DNA of 64,000 nucleotides, taken from the IMG/VR virus record IMGVR_UViG_3300021256_000073, positions 1 to 64,000 of that record; one strand, written 5' to 3'. How positions within the stretch are numbered: position 1 is the stretch's first letter; each line of letters begins with the position of its first letter. The position numbers and the translations under genes were made by a program. The notes beneath the pieces were generated by a model, which had not been told where the DNA came from, did not search any database, and saw only the letters and a list, made by a program, of their open reading frames with translations. The stretch comes from a virus (Duplodnaviria > Caudoviricetes). This document shows positions 61,700-64,000 of this stretch, piece after piece.

Positions 61700-64000
61700 A
61701 TGGCAGATCCAAAAAATCCTTTTGATTTCGGTACAGGAAGTATCGATAAAGACCAATGGCTAAAGGATATAGACAATGAATAGGAAGGCTTTGTATCACA
61801 ATATGCAAATGCAGCTAATAAGCATAGAACTACATTGCTTAGATAGGCTTTCCAGGATTTGAGAAATCGAATAGCTAGTGGTGACATGCTGAGCCGTACT
61901 GCGGATGGATAGTATCAATTCGGTTCAGCATTAATAAGTGGAGATAAACACATGCAAGAAGCTTATCAAAGAGCTCTTGGATTTATGGGAAATCTAGCAA
62001 GGAGACAAATCAATACTCCTGCTCCAGAACCCGAAAAGAAAAGTATAGGAAACATAGAAGAAAGATGGATAAAGTCGCTTAACCCATCTGGAAATTATAA
62101 TAAAACTGCTTACTGGAAGAATCAAACTGATGAGGAAAGAAGAAACAACCTAAAAACTTTCTTAAACAATGAACTTACTAAGGTAAATAATCATGAGTAT
62201 AATGATTATGGAGGTTTTAATGATGAGGCTACCCTTACTAATAGACTTAAGTCAGTACTAACTGCTTTAGAAAGTCAGAAAGCTAATGATTGGACTCTTC
62301 AACAGCTTGGTTTTACAAAGAATTGGTTACAGCAACCAGAAGAAGAAAAAGAAGAGGAGGCACCAAAAACTAGATTAGAGCAAGCACAAGAAAACTATCA
62401 AGCAGCAATAGCTGATTAGCAAGCCGCTTAGATAGAACAATAGACAGCTGCTTTAAATACCCCATCTCCAGTAACAAAGTCTGTATTTTAGGACGATCCT
62501 AACAAATTCTGGAACTATATGTCATATAAAAGATAGGAACAGAATAGAATAAACAATCTTAAATATATAGATGAAAATGGAAATGTATTTTTAAAAGCAG
62601 GAGTAGGATTTAACTACGCCCCAATGGGTAATGGAGTAACATCCTATACTAAAACCACAAGAAATACTGCTTGGAATGGACAAGTGGCTAATGCTGCAAG
62701 AACTCAAGCAGCTAACTAGTATAACTCTGAGTACAATAAAGAACTTGACTCTTATTTTAAAAACTTAGGAATAAGTTATGAATCTTTAAAAGACAAAAAG
62801 TTTACTAATCCATTGATGACTAATTTAGCTAAGTTATTCACATATAAAGCCTCTAAAGATGGTAACCAGTATGTGGCAGCTAATACTATAAGAAAATATT
62901 TTACTCAGCTGGAAAATGGAACATATGGATTGAAAGGAACTAATTTCTCTTATGATCCTACTCAAGGTATCATATATCAAACTTCTAACATTGATAATTA
63001 TAAAGAAGGAGGGGTAATTAAGGCTTAGCAAGGTTATGTTTTTGATGATTCAGAGTATGTAAGTACTCCTAAACCTAAGCAAGTTCAACCAGGTGAATCT
63101 ATTAAAGGAAAGCCTGTTAAAAGTCCTTTTGATGGATGGTCTGCAGGTGATTATGCTTTACTAGGTAGTGCTGCTGCAGATGTAGCTTCAATGGCTGCTT
63201 CATTTGTTCCTGGAGGACAATTAGCTTCTGGACTTATAGGAGCTGGAAGTACTTTAACTTCTAGTATGGTAGACTTCTCTAGAGGTAATCTTAAATCTGG
63301 AGGTCTCAACTTAATTCTTGGTTTAGGTGCAGATGCAGCTGGTATGCTGCCTGTTATTGGTACAGCAACAAAGACTGCAAAGATAGCAAAGACTATAGGT
63401 AAACTATCAAAGGTATTAGTTCCAGCATTTGCTATGAGTGGTGCTACTGCTGCAGCTTAGGCAACTTCTAAGCTTATTAAAGGTGAGGCATTGACTCCAC
63501 AGGAATGGCAGGATTTGGCTCAAGGTTTCCAACTAATTGTAAGTGGAGGTGCCAAGGGTATTGCAGGACACAAGAATGCTGCATTTAAACGTACTCAAGC
63601 AGAAGGAGTAACTCACTATGATGTAAATCTAAAAGATGGAGCTACCACTAGAATAACTAGAGAAGAATTTGAGGGTGCTAAAAGAAATGATTATAAGGGA
63701 ACTGCTGAATAGAATATATTTGGAAAAATAAAAGGTAAACCAGTAGTTACTAAAGAAGGTCTAAATAATGCTCATAAAAAGATAGTATCTGAAAGTCTTA
63801 ATCCTTTAAACTCAGCTTCTACTAGTCAGTACAATTATATGTTAGGCAAAGCTGGAGATAATGGATATTAGATTAAATCATGGGATACTCCAGAATGGGC
63901 ACCATTAAAGAGCTTATAGGAAAAGCGTTTAGCTTCTATATAGGAAGTTAAGTCTTAGACACCAAAAAGAAAAAGAAAAGGAAAATCTAAGGCTTCTAAA
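61700..64000 (+). CDS. large cargo/ejection protein, runs off right edge
   Basis: One code-15 frame to the window end; YKEGGVIKAQQG motif; Gly/Ala hydrophobic helices at about 63150-63560. Confidence 0.75.

Noticed and set aside
2607-63031. Minus-strand and alternative-frame ORFs in the track (e.g. 5815-6123, 9509-9775, 10735-11061, 58891-59316)
   Set aside because: They are shadows of long code-15 plus-strand genes and lack recognisable motifs.
1165-64000. Widespread pseudogenisation or sequencing errors suggested by fragmented ORFs
   Set aside because: Apart from the A10 junction at 3636, the breaks I checked are all TAG in an unchanged frame, and essential genes keep intact motifs; recoding explains this.
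1-64000. TAG as pyrrolysine; suppressor tRNA in the window
   Set aside because: TAG occupies Gln-expected positions and poly-Gln runs; no pyl genes or tRNA cloverleaf were seen in the few intergenic gaps.

Overview
The window is the late/structural module of a crAss-like phage (Crassvirales; Bacteroidota host). It uses a reassigned genetic code in which TAG is read as Gln (translation table 15). The supplied standard-code ORF track is therefore broken into same-frame fragments. Reading through TAG gives about 45 tightly packed, mostly ATGA/TAATG-coupled genes that all end in TAA or TGA. In order: three small leftward genes, then rightward holin, PD-(D/E)xK nuclease, GroES-like protein, terminase, portal, a ~32 kb fibre/tail block, GH108 endolysin, scaffold-like protein, major capsid protein, ring/auxiliary capsid proteins, two IHF-like genes, a two-gene muzzle/stabilization protein and cargo (ejection) proteins running off the right edge. 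The fibre block includes a 1873-aa S74-chaperone fibre, a metallophosphoesterase protein and a 2561-aa CotH-kinase/LRR protein. Best leads: (i) a recurrent [K/F/Y]-[Q/K]-x-G-G tag confined to non-shell, cargo-like proteins; (ii) a neighbouring kinase and phosphatase among the tail genes; (iii) strong stem-loops in the 5' part of late genes, including a terminator-like hairpin starting at an in-frame TAG of the terminase; (iv) an A10 slippage junction; (v) TAG-free islands marking highly expressed genes and possibly recently imported modules. Coordinates were derived by hand. Long ORFs were checked by frame continuity of the fragments and spot reading, not codon by codon. Product calls come from motif recognition and synteny, not database searches. 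No tRNA, CRISPR array or mobile element was seen.
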